DNA of 63,118 nt, the filler included, from Xylographa opegraphella (lineage: Eukaryota): NCBI GenBank assembly GCA_022813865.1. It is 10 parts of 10 records of this genome, joined end to end, with 100 filler letters (N's around TTAATTAATTAA, not from the genome) between each part and the next. Parts side by side here need not be neighbours in the genome. Positions count along the whole stretch, not along the records: positions 20,193 to 26,372 come from JALDZX010000214.1; positions 26,473 to 32,537 come from JALDZX010000215.1; positions 32,638 to 38,690 come from JALDZX010000216.1; 7 more parts are not named here. One strand, written 5' to 3'. Below the pieces are notes generated by a model that saw only the letters and a program-made list of their open reading frames with translations, was not told the origin of the DNA and did no database searches. The position numbers and the translations under genes were made by a program. Below, one piece after another: positions 24,061 to 38,690 of the stretch. Position 1 is the first letter of the stretch. Every line of letters starts with the position of its first letter.

Positions 24061-26296
24061 ATTATTGAATTACTAAAACTTAACTGTCGTTAAAATTTTA
24101 AATTAAAATTTTAAATAAATCGAAATTCCTCTAAATATTATTATTACTCGAAACGCTTTTGACGGAAATATTTATATAAATTAACGTTATTTAAATAAAT
24201 TAAAGTTTTAAAAAAATATGATTACGAAGGGATTATATCTATAATTATATACATAATTATTAACGCGTTTTTAAATTTTTTTTTAAATAGATTAACGTTA
24301 AAAATATTATTAAAAATTATTTGAAAATTAAATGTTTAATATGTTTAATAATAAATTTTCGATCGAATATTATATTTTTTACATTAAATTCTTTTCAATT
24401 AACGTTAACTTTTAATTGATTTTATTAACACGCGTTGCGTGGAGTTTTTATTTATATTAAAATAACGTTTGATTTAAAATTTATTTATTCAATTAACTTT
24501 TTCGAAGTATTACTTAATAGCGATTACGTTAACGATATAAATATTTAGTATTTTATTATTAATTATTTATTCAAAATAGTCGACGAATCAATCAATTAAG
24601 TAACGATTAAATAGAAGGTCTTACAAAATTTATTTACGATATCGAATATATAATGATTTATAAAGAATAAGAATAAAAATTAATTATAATAATTTATTAA
24701 ATTATTAAATTATAATCAAACATTTTTTAAAAAGTTTATTATATTCGAAATCAATCGAGGGTCGATTAAATTATTATATAATATGAGGTACTATAATTAT
24801 ATTAAATATATTAACGTTCATTATTATTAATTTAAAAGATAAATTCAACGCGGTTATATCATTTGTTAAAAAATTTATTGAAATATTTAAAAATTTTTGA
24901 ATCTAAGATATTCATTAAATTATTAAATATAAAATATTCGTTGAATTTTTTTAACTCGGGCGGAAATCTTTTAGATAATAATTTTTTTGTACAAAAATTA
25001 ATTTAACGAATTGTCGACTTAATTTTATTAAATTTCATTCTGAATTTTTAAATGTTTTTATAATTTTATAAAATTCGTTATATTTTGAATTTCGTAAAAA
25101 ACGTTGTAATTTAAAATTTTCTTATTTCGATTATTTTTATATAATAAAACGTACGAAACGATCGCGTTGAATATTTTATTTAAACAAAAATTTTTTTATT
25201 GTGTTAAAAATAATTTGATAGCTACCCGGGGATAAAAGAATTAATACAAAACGAAATTATTTTTTTAAAAATATTGAAAAAAATAAAATAGTTAATTTTT
25301 TATTAAAAGCGTTTTTTTATTATCAAATAATAAAATATTATTCGATATTAATTTTAATTAACGATAAACCTCAATTTATATATAATAAAAATATTAAAAC
25401 AAAAATTTATAAATCTGAGTTCTTAAGCATTATCCTCGAAAGAAATGTAATTATTTAATAAAAATATTAAAAAAATAAGCGAAAGCCTTACGGATTTTTC
25501 TATTTCTTTTTTTATTTTTAATTTTAAAATTTTCATCATAAATAATAAAAAACATATTTAAAATTTCGCCATGAATATTTTCTCACTTTTAATAAAGTTT
25601 AATTTCATATTTTTGATATTCAATAATATTAAGTTTTTATCAAATAAAATTATTATTCGTTTAGTAGAAAATAAAAGAAATAAAAAGATAATTGTCGAAA
25701 CTTTACTACTTTATCGTTATTATAAAAATACATAAAGAAAAAAACTCAAATAAAAAAAAGGCCAGGAAAACTCGTTTCAGATACATTATATTACGAAAGT
25801 TTAATTCGCGTTAAAATCGATTTATTGCGTTTTATATCGTTATCATAAATTTTAATGAATTTATGCGAGTAAAAGAATTGCAAATAATATTATTAAAAAT
25901 TTAAAAAAAAAATTTTCTTCGCCAAATTTATTAATGAAATTTCAATTATTTAATTTACGAATTTTACGAACGTATTATAATTTACACGCGATTTACAATT
26001 CATTTCGCGTTAAAAATCACTGAAAAACGCTTGCGAGCGTTATTCATCGAAATAATAATTTCGAGTTGTTAAAATTTTTTATTATTCTTAAAAAAAAATA
26101 TAATAATATTTAACATAATACTCTTTCGAGAAGTATTTCGCATTTTTTTAAATATATACATTTTTTTTAAAAAAACTTATAAAGAATAAAGCAATTGAAT
26201 ATTCATTCAAACAAATTCAATCATTAGCAAAAAAGGAAAACAAAATTTCGATTAAAAAGTATTATTTTTGCCTATTTAACAAATTAATAAATTTAG

Positions 26297-26372
26297 TGTA
26301 AAGGAATACGTAGGAAGTCCGCAGCAGCCTAGTTGAGTAGGCAAAGGGGTAGGCAAAAGGATTGGATCGGGG
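26297..26372. repeat. LTR family G (partial); further partial copy at 44766-44825
   Basis: TGTAAAGGAAT... matches 45587. Confidence 0.9.
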
Positions 26373-27633
26373 NNNNNNNNNNNNNNNNNNNNNNNNNNNN
26401 NNNNNNNNNNNNNNNNTTAATTAATTAANNNNNNNNNNNNNNNNNNNNNNNNNNNNNNNNNNNNNNNNNNNNAAAAATAAAAAATAAAAAATAAAAAATA
26501 AAAAATAAAAAATAAAAAATAAAAAATAAAAAATAATTTTTTTGTAAAAAAATATAACATATATTTAAACGGCCATAGTAATTTTTCGTAATAAATAAAA
26601 TTTTAAATACTTTAAAAATTACTCGATTTTCGCTAAAAAAAGTATGATTTTCGTAAAATATAGGTAAATTAAAATATATTTATAAAATAAAAAATTGCGA
26701 AAGCGTAATTCTTTTAAATTACTTAATTTAATTTCATTATTTTATATCTAGAAACGCGTAAATTTTATTTTAAAATATAATTACTATAAAATTTATAATT
26801 ATAAAAATATTAGGAAAATATTTATTAGCTAATTTTTTTAACCGAGCGTTTGAATATTAAATTTGAATTTCTCGCGTTTTACTTATTTTTATTTATTTCT
26901 TATATTACATTATTATATTGTTTTTCATTGTTTTTACCTTTTTTTAAACAATTAATTAAATTCGACTAATTAATTAAAATCTGTTTAAATTTTAACATGA
27001 AGAATATTAAACGTAAAAATTATATTACAAAAATACTCGAATTAAATTAATAACTTTATCTTTTAAATTAAAATTTTTAATTTTTTTTATAAAATTCGTT
27101 TGCGACTGTTGGTAAACTATTTAAATCTTTAATTTTTATAGTATTTTAAATTTTGATATTTGATTGCTTAACCTCCTTAGAATTTAAAATTTTATATTTA
27201 ATACAAAATGAATTTATTAAAAAAAATATTTAAAGATAATGAATTATTCGTTGCGCGTTCGCTCGAATAAATATTTTTAAAATTAATTTTAAACTCGAAA
27301 ATTAATTAAATTTTTAAAAATAATTTATCATCTTTTTATTTATACAATATTAAATATAAAATTCGTTTTTCAAAATTTTACCCTAGCGAATATTGATTTG
27401 ATTATTATATTTTACAGCGGCGTAGGCCTTCTTTAACGCTTTAACGTTTAATTTATAAAAATAATATTTTTATTTAACAAATTTATCTCATATTTACTTT
27501 TGTATATAACTTTTTCGAAATTAATATAATAAAATAAAATTATTAAAAAATCGTATTTCCTTTAGAATTATTTATTAGTAATTTTTTAAATTTTTTAACA
27601 TTTATTTTTTGTTTTTATCGATTTTGCTGTTAT

Positions 27634-27817
27634 TGTGACGGCTATGACATCAGTCACAGGTAATAGGGGTCGGGCTGGATCAGGACTAGCACCTTTAGTA
27701 TATAGTCTCGCCCATGGAGNNNNNNNNNNNNNNNNNNNNNNNNNNNNNNGGTTGAAATCGTCCACCTAAAGCTTACGTTCTAGGCGTGCTTGTGTGGTGA
27801 GTTGATGAGCCGTTACA
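27634..27817. repeat. Solo LTR family B
   Basis: Near-identical to 7606-7789. Confidence 0.92.
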
Positions 27818-30800
27818 GTTTTTTTTTATAAATTTTATTGTTTTAGTAACTCCCGGATGGCCGTTGATTAATTTATTATAATAATATTTAATTATCTCCT
27901 CTGTTGACGATCCCGTTAAATCTTGTGTAATTGCTTTTATCTCGAAAGCCGCGATTTGTTTTGTAGGAATTAAAGCTTTACTGTTATCTCTTTGTAATAG
28001 GGCCCTATTTTTTGATTCTTTGTTCATAAGGTTTTTTCTTCTGCTAAGTATATCTGCTCTTCTATTGTCTTTGCCTGGTGTGTATATAATCTTGAATTTA
28101 TATTGTTTTAACAGTTTTGCCCATCGTACTTGCCTTCTGTTAAGTACTTTTATCGTAGTAAAGCTCAACAGATTTTTATAATTTATATATATAATAAGTT
28201 CTGAATCGATATTATTTCAGCAAGTAATTCTTTATTGTGAATGTTATAATTTTATTCTGCTTGTAATATTTTCCTTAAGTAATATGCAATAGGGTGCCAT
28301 TTCCTATTTTGTGTTTGCAATAGACATGGCTTTATGGTTAAATTTAATGCATTTATTTTCATTCTTGCAGGTTCTTTTACCTGAAATGTTATTAAAACTG
28401 GTGGTTATATTTAACTCTTTTTTAAAATGTTAAAGGCTCGTTGTTGGTTCGAATTCTATTTAAAGTTTACATTCTTATGTATCAGGTTCGTTAAAGGTAT
28501 TGCCTTTTTGAAGTAATCTTTAGTAAAAGTTCTGTTAAAGTTTGTAAATCCTAGAAATTCTAAAATCTCTTTTACTGTTGTTGATTAAAGCCATTCGAGT
28601 ATGGCTTTTATTTTTTCTAAATCCATTTTGATTCCTTTTTAACTAATTATAAATTCTAGAAAGACTACCTCGTTTTTACTGAATTCACATTTTTCTGATT
28701 TAAGAAGTAATTCTGCTTTTCTTAAGCATGTAAATACTTTTTATATATATTTTACATGTTCCTCTGCTAATTCCGAGTATATAAGTATATCGTTTAAATA
28801 AATTACCATCGTTAAGTTCAAGTGCGCCTTTAACACGTTATTGATCAGCACCTGATAAATAGCAAATGCGTTGATTAACTCAAAAGATATAATTTAATAT
28901 TTATAATGCCTATATCTGCTTCGAAATGCAGTTTTTTATTTCTCACCGACTTTTATTCTGATTAAATTGTATACGCCTTTAAGGTCGAGTTTAATAAAAA
29001 TTTTGGCTTTGTCGAGTCTGTTTCGTATTTCGCTAATTTCCGGTAGCGAATATCAATTTTTAATGGTAATATCGTTTAACTTTCGATAATCGATGCAAGG
29101 TTTTAAACTTCCGTTTTTCTTAGGTATAAATATTATTAAATATTCTGCTGAGAATTTTGATTCGCGTATGATTCGCGTATGAATCTCTTTTTCAAGCTTT
29201 CTTCGATGTATTTATAAAGCTCCTGAAGTTCTTTTTCTAATATATTATATATAGGTCCAAATGTTGGCTCCTTCCCTGGTTCGAGATTGATCTCACAGTC
29301 CCAAGGTTGGTGCTTAGGTAAAGCATTGACACCTTTCTCTTCCTGAAAAAGCCATGTTCATGCCTTATACTCTTCAGGGATATCAAGAGGTGCGTTGCTT
29401 TTTTTCAAATTCTAACTTATTTTGCCCTATTAACCCTTGCTGATGCGTGTCGAGTCGAACCCTTGAGTAAAATTGTTTTTATTCGAAAATAAGATTTTTA
29501 TAATTTTGATCGGTTTTCGGTTTTTATTTATTTACTATCGTTTTCTGCCGATGTATAGAACATATATTAATAACGCGATTAATATGCTTTTTAATAAATA
29601 TTTTTCTGTTTTAATCTAGGGATACGTTGTGCTTGATCCATCAAGATAAACCTAAAATAATATGGTACCTGGCCATGATAATTATATCAAAGACTATCTT
29701 TTCATGGTGCTAATAAATAGCGACAGAAAGTGATTTTGTATATTATTCCTTTTCCTTCCTTGATGAGCCGTCGGCCATTATTATTTAAATTTATTTTAAA
29801 GTTGATGATTCGAAGCCGCAGCTTTTCGCGAAAGTACTGAACATATAATTTAAATTGACTTTATTATTTAATAATATAGTTGTTCGATAACCGTTTATAA
29901 TAATCGGAATTTTCATAAAATTTATACAGTCTGGCTCCTTCTAATGTATTTTAAGGTATGTTATATTAATTTTCATATATTTCCCTACAATATATAGGAT
30001 TAATTTTTTCCCTGTTCAAAATAGCCGTGAATTTTTTGATCTCTATGTGTGTTACACATTCTCCATGGAAATACCATTGCTATAACGGGTTTTTATAATT
30101 ACTTCTTTCTAAACGGGTTCCGTATGCAATTAAATTATTGCAGAATTTTTGTATATATCCCGAAAAGGACAAATGCTTTCGTTTTTTTTAAATGCCATGG
30201 GCATTCGTCTTTAAAGTATTTATCCCAAATTTAAACTTTATAGCGGGCTTTTCCTGTGCGGCCGTTATATTTATAATTTTTTTAATAAATTTTGTAGTAA
30301 ATGTCTATGCAAGCGCTATAGTATATTATATCGTAATGTAAATATTCCGGATTTACTCGACAGTCTTAGTAATTATTTATTATATTCTTCGACTTTTTTG
30401 ATTCGTTAGTTTCTTTATAGGTCTAGTTGTCGAAATTATTTAACTCGACATTTTGTTCCTTAAGGTTTTTCTCGACTTGTAAATTATTGATATTTAAATC
30501 GTTTTCTTCGTTATTATTGATTTCCACCCAAGGACTGTCTTCTTAATATTAAGTGATATTTCTCTGGGTATTAACCTTTTTGTTGTTTTTGCTTGTACTG
30601 AATTAATCGCTTGGAATTAAAGTGAGTTTTATATTCTCTTTCTTGCATAAAGACAGCTGATTGTCTTCTTTTTTAAATTTCGTTTCAATTGGAAATTTTA
30701 AATGTATATTTATCTGTGATTTAGGCACTTTGTTCTTTGATCGACAGTTTTTCGCAATATAGCCGATTTTTCCACATGCGTAACAGGTAATCCCTGTTTT

Positions 30801-31906
30801 TTAACCCCGTAAGTGCTCTTTCCCAAAACCCTGCTTTTGCTTTTGAAATACATCTATTTTTATTGGCATCGATCCATAAGGATTCGACGTTTTATACGAT
30901 TTTTTTTGCTTTAAAGTCATTTTTTTAATAATTAATTCTTATCGTGCCTTCGGTTTCGTATTTATATTTTATAACTTTTTTATATAGCTTGTCGTCAATC
31001 TTCATACATATTTCGATCATTTGGTTTATAATTTCGATTGTAGCATGAGTCCTTATTAATTCATTTTTTATCGAATCTTTGAGTCCTTTACGGTATATTA
31101 TAATCAAAGTATTATCGTTTTATTCAGTTTAAATCGCAAACTGCTGGAATCGAGTTAAGTATTTTACGGAAGATTTTTTATTTAAAATACTATATAATTC
31201 GTATTGCCGTGTTTTTATTGTTTAATAATTCGAAAACTCTTCGAATTTCGACCTTGAACGTTGCAAAGCTTTTTAATCACCTAGAATCTTCGTTGTCAGA
31301 GTCTTCAAAATGTTTTTTAAAATAAGGGGTAACCCATTTCTAAGCTTGTCCTCGCATGTACGTGATAACGAAGAGTGATTTCTTTAACTTTAAAATACTA
31401 TTCCCTTGGAACCCAAAGAATAAATTTATTTATATGAACCAGTTTTTTAAGTGGTCCTTATCTCCTTTATACTTATTAGGTCTCTTTATTTTAACGCGAT
31501 TATCTTCTTTTATAGTATTTTTTTATTGCCTTTTACAACACTTGAGGTTTGATCGTACTCCTAATACATTTATCTTAAAAATGTTCAAAGTGTTACGATC
31601 CTGCTTCTCATTAGTATAGTTTAATTAAGAATCTGGGTTGAATTCGTCAATGAATAAATAAAAAGGCACGATAACAGTTTAATCGTTTTTCAAGAGTAAT
31701 AATTTTCGTATAAGGGGTTTATATTGAAGCCTAATATTCTAAGATCATAATATAAGTTGAACACGTTTTTTACAGTAAGAAAATCCTTCGCTTTATATAA
31801 AAGTCCTGTTTTAAAATATTTTTTATGCCTTTCATGCCTTCGTGGACGAGGCCACGGAGGCAACGAAGGCATCGGGTCATAGTTTCCCCGATCCCTGTTC
31901 CTCACA
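27818..31906 (-). mobile_element. RIP-degenerated Ty3/Gypsy element: 5' LTR (family D, 31591-31906), gag, protease, RT, RNase H, start of integrase
   Basis: Zn knuckle CYACGKIGYIAKNC near 30745-30790; RT VIYLNDILIY near 28790; LNRRQVRW; YTPGKDNRRADILSR; GHPGVTKT. Confidence 0.92.
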
Positions 31907-32637
31907 ATATTGATCAGAACTTTATCAAGAAATCGACGAAATTATTCTCGACTTGAACGCCAGTTTAATTAAATAAAATTCGATTCTATTATAAATAACG
32001 CGAAACGAAAAAAAAATTATTATTTATTATAATAACGGGGTTTAATTAAAGCCCGAGAAAGTTTATAACGCGGCAAAAAAATGTCGAGGATTGCTCAAGA
32101 TTTTAAAAAAAAGTTAAAATTTATTTTTTCGGGATTTTTTCGTAGTGAAAACGAATGCGCGAATTTTAATAATATAATTAAATTACGTTTATAATTATTT
32201 TTTCGCATAATATTTGATTATACGTAGCGAAAATAATGTTTAATTTTAATTATAAAAATTTTCGTTAATAATTTTCGCAGAATTTACAGTGAACCTTGCA
32301 GTTTTTAAACAAATTTTTTATTAATATATAGCGATTAATTTTTAATATATAATTTTTATATCTTTAGAAATTTCGTTTATATCGTGCTGGCTAGCAATAG
32401 TTTTTTTACTGATTATTCTTCTTATTTATTATTTATTGTAAAAATATATTTTATTATTTTATTATTTTATTAAATTTATTTTTTTATTTTTTTATTTTTT
32501 TATTTTTTTATTTTTTTATTTTTTTATTTTTTTATTTNNNNNNNNNNNNNNNNNNNNNNNNNNNNNNNNNNNNNNNNNNNNTTAATTAATTAANNNNNNN
32601 NNNNNNNNNNNNNNNNNNNNNNNNNNNNNNNNNNNNN

Positions 32638-32696
32638 GAGCTCTCGCTTAGCAGCTCTCGCTATCCTGCAGGCAGGCCGGGACTCTATTTCTAACA
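32638..32696. repeat. LTR family E end; copies at 38791-38851, 44926-44984 and 57148-57206
   Basis: Near-identical ...GGGACTCTATTTCTAACA at four contig starts, each with a different flank. Confidence 0.88.
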
Positions 32697-33462
32697 ATTA
32701 TAATAGTATTTTTTTATAATACTAAAATTTTCACGCTAGTAATAATTCGAACTGTATTCGACTTAAAATTATGATATTTTTATTGCTATAATAACGATCA
32801 CCTGTACTTTTTTCTGTAATTGCTATTTTTTCGCTTTGCAAAATGATATTTTTTTAACTATAGTAATAATACTATCGTCGTGCCAGCTTTTAATAAAAAT
32901 TAATTTCATTTTACTTCGTTATTTTATCGAAGTTTACCGCTTTAGAATAAACCTCCCACAATTATTGAATAAAAATATTAAAATGTCAAGAAGAAAGAAC
33001 GAAACGATTGCAAAAATAAATAATTTTTATAAAACGTTCATTTTAAAATATATACGAAAGTTTTAGCGCATTTTAAGTCTTTAAAAAAAGTGTAAAATAT
33101 ACGAAATACAGAAAGAAATTTAAAATTAATTACATAAAGTTTAAAAAATATTAATCAAATTTATTTTTCAGTAATTTAAATAGCCGAAAATAAATAAATA
33201 TAAAAATATTAAAACGAAATTTACGAAAAATATCGAATTAAATAAAAGGCAAGCTTCGCCGCGGTTAAAACACATAAAAACTTTATATTAAAAAATAATA
33301 ATAATAAAGCTCGAACCGAGTAGAAAAAAAGAAAAAATTATGTAAAAATATTAAAAAAAGTAATCGAATTAAAAGCCGGCCCTTCGTTTTAAATCGAAAT
33401 AAATAATTTAGTAATTTTTATGACTCAATATTAAAACGCGATTTAAATTTTTTTAATAATTA

Positions 33463-33651
33463 TATTGAAACTAATCACTAGGCACAGGTAATGGCAGCAG
33501 GTAACAGTGCATTGCTTAATCACTAAGAAGGTGAAGAGTTCTTCTGGAGACGGGGCTCCANNNNNNNNNNNNNNNNNNNNNACTAAGCTAGGCCTAATCG
33601 GCTATAGTAAAGGACCAACAACACAGACTGCTAACGCCCTGATTTTCAACA
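33463..33651 (-). repeat. Solo LTR family A
   Basis: Reverse complement of 1103-1290. Confidence 0.95.
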
Positions 33652-33943
33652 ATATTTACTTTAAAAAAATTAATTTAATATTTTAATAATCTTATAAAAT
33701 ATTACGGTTACGCATTTAAAACTTTATTTCGTTAAATTTAATTTAATTTAATTTTAAAGTAATATATAAAGATAGTAAAATTTTAATTTTATTAATTATT
33801 TTAATTCCAAATACGCGATAAATAAATTAAATTAAAATTTAATTTTAAATACGTATATATATTTAGCGGAGAATTAATTATTTAAATAAATTAAAAATAA
33901 AAATTAATATTTATTAAAATTATTAAAATTAAATCTATAGCCT

Positions 33944-34133
33944 TATTGAATTTAATCATTAGGCACGGGGGTTTTGGCAGCAAATAGCAGTGCATTACTT
34001 AATCACTAAAAAGATAAAGAACTCTCCTGAAGCTAAGATTTCAGAAAACTCTTCGAGTTCTGTACCAAGCTAATTCTAATTAATTATAGTACAAAACGAC
34101 AACACATGCTGCTAACCCCATGGATTTTCAACA
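33944..34133 (-). repeat. Diverged, RIP-affected sister of LTR family A
   Basis: Collinear similarity (GGCAGCA..CAGTGCATT.CTTAATCACTAA..GCTAAC..GATTTTCAACA). Confidence 0.85.
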
Positions 34134-36221
34134 TATAATTATATTTATATATTTTTTCGCGCGATATCGCGAGCAAAATATATAAATATTTAATTAATTT
34201 TTTATTTAAAAAAAATCGATGCAGAAAACATTCGACAGCTCGTAATTACGATACATTGTATTATAAATTGTATAATAATAATTTAATAAAATATTTAAAA
34301 AAATATAAAAATTAATTCCCGCGCTATTAATAATTCGTATAAAATCTTTAATTAACTTTTTTAATTTCGTATTTTTATAATCGTTATTAATATTGTTAAA
34401 ACCGCGATTAACGTAATTTTTATGACGTTATTAATCGTACGCGCGTTTTAAATTTTTTATCTTAATTTTAATAATTAAACCGCGTGGCTACGAATACGAA
34501 TTATAATTAATAACTCATTACAATCGAGTTAATATTTTATAATAAAAAAGGCAAAAAAGCGAAATCAAATTTAAAAAAAGATTTTTAAATCTATTTAAAT
34601 TACAAATCGATAATAAAGAAAATTTAACCTTTTACGATATTTATTTATAAAAAAATATTAATTTTATTTAAAGCCTTCGCTGATATTATTAAATTTAATA
34701 AAAATTTATCGTTTTTATTAATAAATAACGCTACTTTTTTTTGTTTTGCTTTCGATTTTTAACGGGCGAAATCAATATATTTATTCATTAATATTTTCGT
34801 TTATTTTTTTCGTAGCTTTATTTTTTCGCTAATAATTTTAGCTTTTTTTTAACTTTCGTTTTTTTTACGAATTTTAACGTGTACGCGTCGCGTATGCACG
34901 ATTTTGTTTAAAAATAAATGAAATTTATTTTCGTTCACGAGATTATTATAAACGAATATTTATTTTTCGTATTAATTTTAAATTTAATAATTAATTAATT
35001 GTTACAGTTTCAAAAAATAAAATAAAACTAAGCGAAACGAAATTGCTTCGAAATTATGTAAAGTTTAATTATTTATTTTTTTAAAATTCGCTGTAATTTT
35101 AATTAATATTTTTTAATTAAATTTTTCGATTTTCGAAAATTTCGATTTTTTAACGATTTTTATACGCTTTTTGAATTTTTTTTGTCAAATTAAATTCGTA
35201 AACAGCTTGCTGCGAGTGTCCGATATTATAATAATCGTTTAAATTATTTAAAAATGGTATTTTTCGCTATTTTAAATATCGTAATAACGATATTAAATTA
35301 ACAGCGATACGACGATAATTTTCAAAGTAAATTTTTAATTTTAATAAATGTTAATAAATTATAAAAGGTTGATTTAATAATATATTAATATAATTAATAT
35401 AATTAAAATACGATCGTATATAAAAATAAATATGTTTTATTTTTATTGCAATATATATACTCCGCTTTATATATTTACGCCTAAAAATTTTATAACGCGC
35501 CTCGTAGCGGCTCGTATTTACCGCAAAATTTGGTAAAAATATGAATCGAGCCGGGGTTTATATAACTTTACGCGAGAAAAAAAATGTAACCCGAACTACC
35601 GACAAGCGCGGATAAGCTCGGTGTCCTTGCAGGTACAGGTTTTCCCGGTCCAATCTGCCATTCGTGTCCTTAATTTCGCTCAAATTACCTTCCCAATTCT
35701 ATCTCCCATGGAGCCTAGCTTCAAAAATGCAATTTCGGACCAGGAACCACAAGATGGACGCTTCCTGAACAATGATTGGTGTGGAAGCCCTGTTCTTATG
35801 TTGCTTCGGGTCTTGGCACATCGCGCTCTCCTGCGCTTGCGGAGACGGGAGGTTCCCAATAATTGCGCCCACGTCCGCCCTCTCAGTCGTTTCGGTCCTT
35901 TACGCTTTCAGTCTTTCAGTCTTTGCAGTCTTTGCAGTCTTTTCAGTCATCGCTCATTCTTGCTATCGTGTCTTGTGCCAGACCCTCCTTCGTTGACAAC
36001 CTGACCAAAGTCATTCTTTCCTCGCTTGTTATGCTTCACGACTGCGATACAAGACACGCACAAGTCGGCACTCACATTCCTTAACTGACTGATCCCATTG
36101 AGCGCGATCGATATCTCTTGGCAATACCGTCTCGCGACAGACTTCTATATACGATATCCAGCATCGCTACCACATATACGCTTTGGTTCGCTCTAGCTAT
36201 AAACAGACCACTATATCTCAG

Positions 36222-37863
36222 ATGAAGTTGAAAGAAATAGCCACCACGATTGGGTTGACAATTGCTTTACAGACTTCGATTGCAAATGGCAACAAACACA
36301 GTCATGCACATCTTAATCAGCTAGATTTGATGCACCATCATCACTATCGAGAGCCTCGGACTTCGAAGGCGGAGGTTGAAGGGACAGGGCAGGTGTTGGA
36401 AGTGATTTCGTCAGCGGACATCAAGAAACGAGGAGGGCCATGCCAATTTCCTACAAATGCTGGGCTAGTAGCAGTGACACCAGGGTCTCAAAATGGAGGA
36501 TGGGCAATGAGTCCAAATCAGCCATGCTTACCCGGAACTTATTGTCCTTACGCATGTCCTCCAGGGCAGATGATGGATCAGTGGGACCCTCATGCAACAT
36601 CCTACACGTATCCGCAGTCTATGGTAAGTCGAACCGAGCTGTATCGTAACGCACAGACCTGATTGAACATAGAATGGTGGGCTTTACTGTGATGAGAATG
36701 GAGATATTACCAAACCCTTTCCGAACAATCCATATTGTGCCATCGGTTCGACTAATATCGGTGTACTCAATAAGGTGGGGAAAATCGTGTCGTTTTGTCA
36801 GACAGTATTACCCGGCAACGAGGCAATGTTGATTCCTACGAGCATTGAAGATGAGATTATTCAACTGGCAATACCCACAACCAGTTATTGGTGCCGAACG
36901 GCAGCCCAGTACGATACATCTCAGTATGCCTCAGAAGCTCGCTAATGTCTTGCTAGCTTCTATATAAATCCGCCAGGTATAGATACCGATACAGCATGCG
37001 TCTGGGGCACAAATCAGAACGACTACGGAAATTGGAGTCCGTATGTTGCTGGCGGAAACACCGATGAGGACGGTAACACGTTCATCAAACTTGCTTGGAA
37101 CCCCATATACCTTGAGCCTGCAACACCATTTAGAGATGTCATGCCAACCTGGGGTGTTGAGATTGTCTGTAATGGCCCAGGCTGCAACGGACTTCCATGC
37201 GCAATAGATCCCTCCCGGAATACGGTCAATGAGATGATTGGAAGTAATTCTGATGGTGCTGGTGGAGCAAACTTTTGCGTGGTTACTGTCCCAACTGGTG
37301 TCACTGCAAATTTCGTTGTCTTCGAAGGTCCCGTGAGTGGAGCTGGAGGCGACACAGACGCTGCTGTTGCCCAGTCGTCTTCCGCTTCCACACCGATCAA
37401 TACTTCATCTCCTGCTTTAAACCCAATTCCAACGGCTTCTTCATCTGCCGTACCAAGCAGTACCCCTCAGCTCTCGGGTACCGCTGTTCAAAGCACTACA
37501 TCGAAGACACCGTCGACCTCATCTTCCAGCTCTATAATCAGCGACTACGTCAACTCCGTTCTGACACAGTCGACAACTGTGATCACTAGCAGCATTCCAT
37601 CTATTATCATCGAATCTTCATATCCGAGTTTCGCTGTCTCACCCCACGTTCTCCTCCAAAACATGACGACCCTGAATGCGACTGCTTCCTCGTCATTATT
37701 GTCCGTCCAGACAACAGTTCCCATATATTTGGGCTCAGCATCAGATCCGATCATTGCGCCAACCCCCGGCCCAACAATGCAAAGCGACGGCTTGCAGATG
37801 CATCCTACGCTAGCCGGACTATCGTTGCCTTTCCTCGCAGCGGCGCTAGTTGCCTCGGCGTGA
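36222..37863 (+). CDS. Secreted SUN-family (Adg3-like, GH132) beta-glucanase, probably GPI-anchored; introns 36624-36672 and about 36909-36956
   Basis: Signal peptide; NGGWAMSP, CPYACPPG, GGLYC, FCQTVLPGNEAMLIPT, YINPPG, GNWSPYVAG; Ser/Thr-rich tail; hydrophobic C-terminus. Confidence 0.92.
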
Positions 37864-38456
37864 GATCATCCTTAATTTCCGTTGTCAATCTTCAGCACAA
37901 TGAAGCTGAAGTTTACGACTCCATCGCTGTGGAAACGTCTTATATACCCGAACATACTATTGTCTAATTCTTAATCGGTCGGACCTGGACGTTCCCACGT
38001 TAGATATACCCCATTTTCTTGCACACACTGCCGAGCGCCCATGGCTGGCAGGTGGGTGTAAATGTATTCTGTTCATCTTATTTGGATCTTCTTCATGGTG
38101 TTGGACGGAGGATCATAACACGTAAAAGCGTGTGCGATGACATGGATATCAATAGCTCCCTTTTTGCATCTTAAGCTCACTTGAGCTCATCTTGCAAGCA
38201 CGTAAAGATCTTTTTGAAGATTAGTGACGAGAGGGTTCTGCAGTCATTGTTGTTTGACGCTTAGAAATGATAATTGGAAGCAGAAGTTAATGCAGTTTAC
38301 CGGATCCAATAGCCCATCAGATATTGTACTTTGACAGGCCCACGGGGAACGATCATAGCTTTTCTTTGAGCTTGATATATCACGATTCTAAAAATAATCC
38401 CGCCTGGCATTGTGTAGACTCCGTTACCGGGTAACGGGCTACACGCTAGAAGCGGG

Positions 38457-38690
38457 TGTCACGGACCCGCGACAAGTCATGGCAGGGTAAAGCCTAGAGG
38501 GGTCCGGCGGAACTATACAGCGGGGTGCCAAGAGATTCCTAGTAGTCATAGTACCGACAGTAGGTACTAGGAATGTTACGGCTCGCTATCTCACCAGAAA
38601 AGCAGGCCTAGAACCACAGCTATAGGTGTGTTACGATCCTGCCTCTCACTAGTATAGTTCGATTAGGGATCTGGGTTGGATTCGTCAATG
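38457..38690. mobile_element. Stack of nested LTR ends (unknown family at 38457, family C at 38574, family D at 38629)
   Basis: Successive TGTCACGG / TGTTACGG / TGTTACGA starts; the last two match other copies in the window. Confidence 0.85.
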
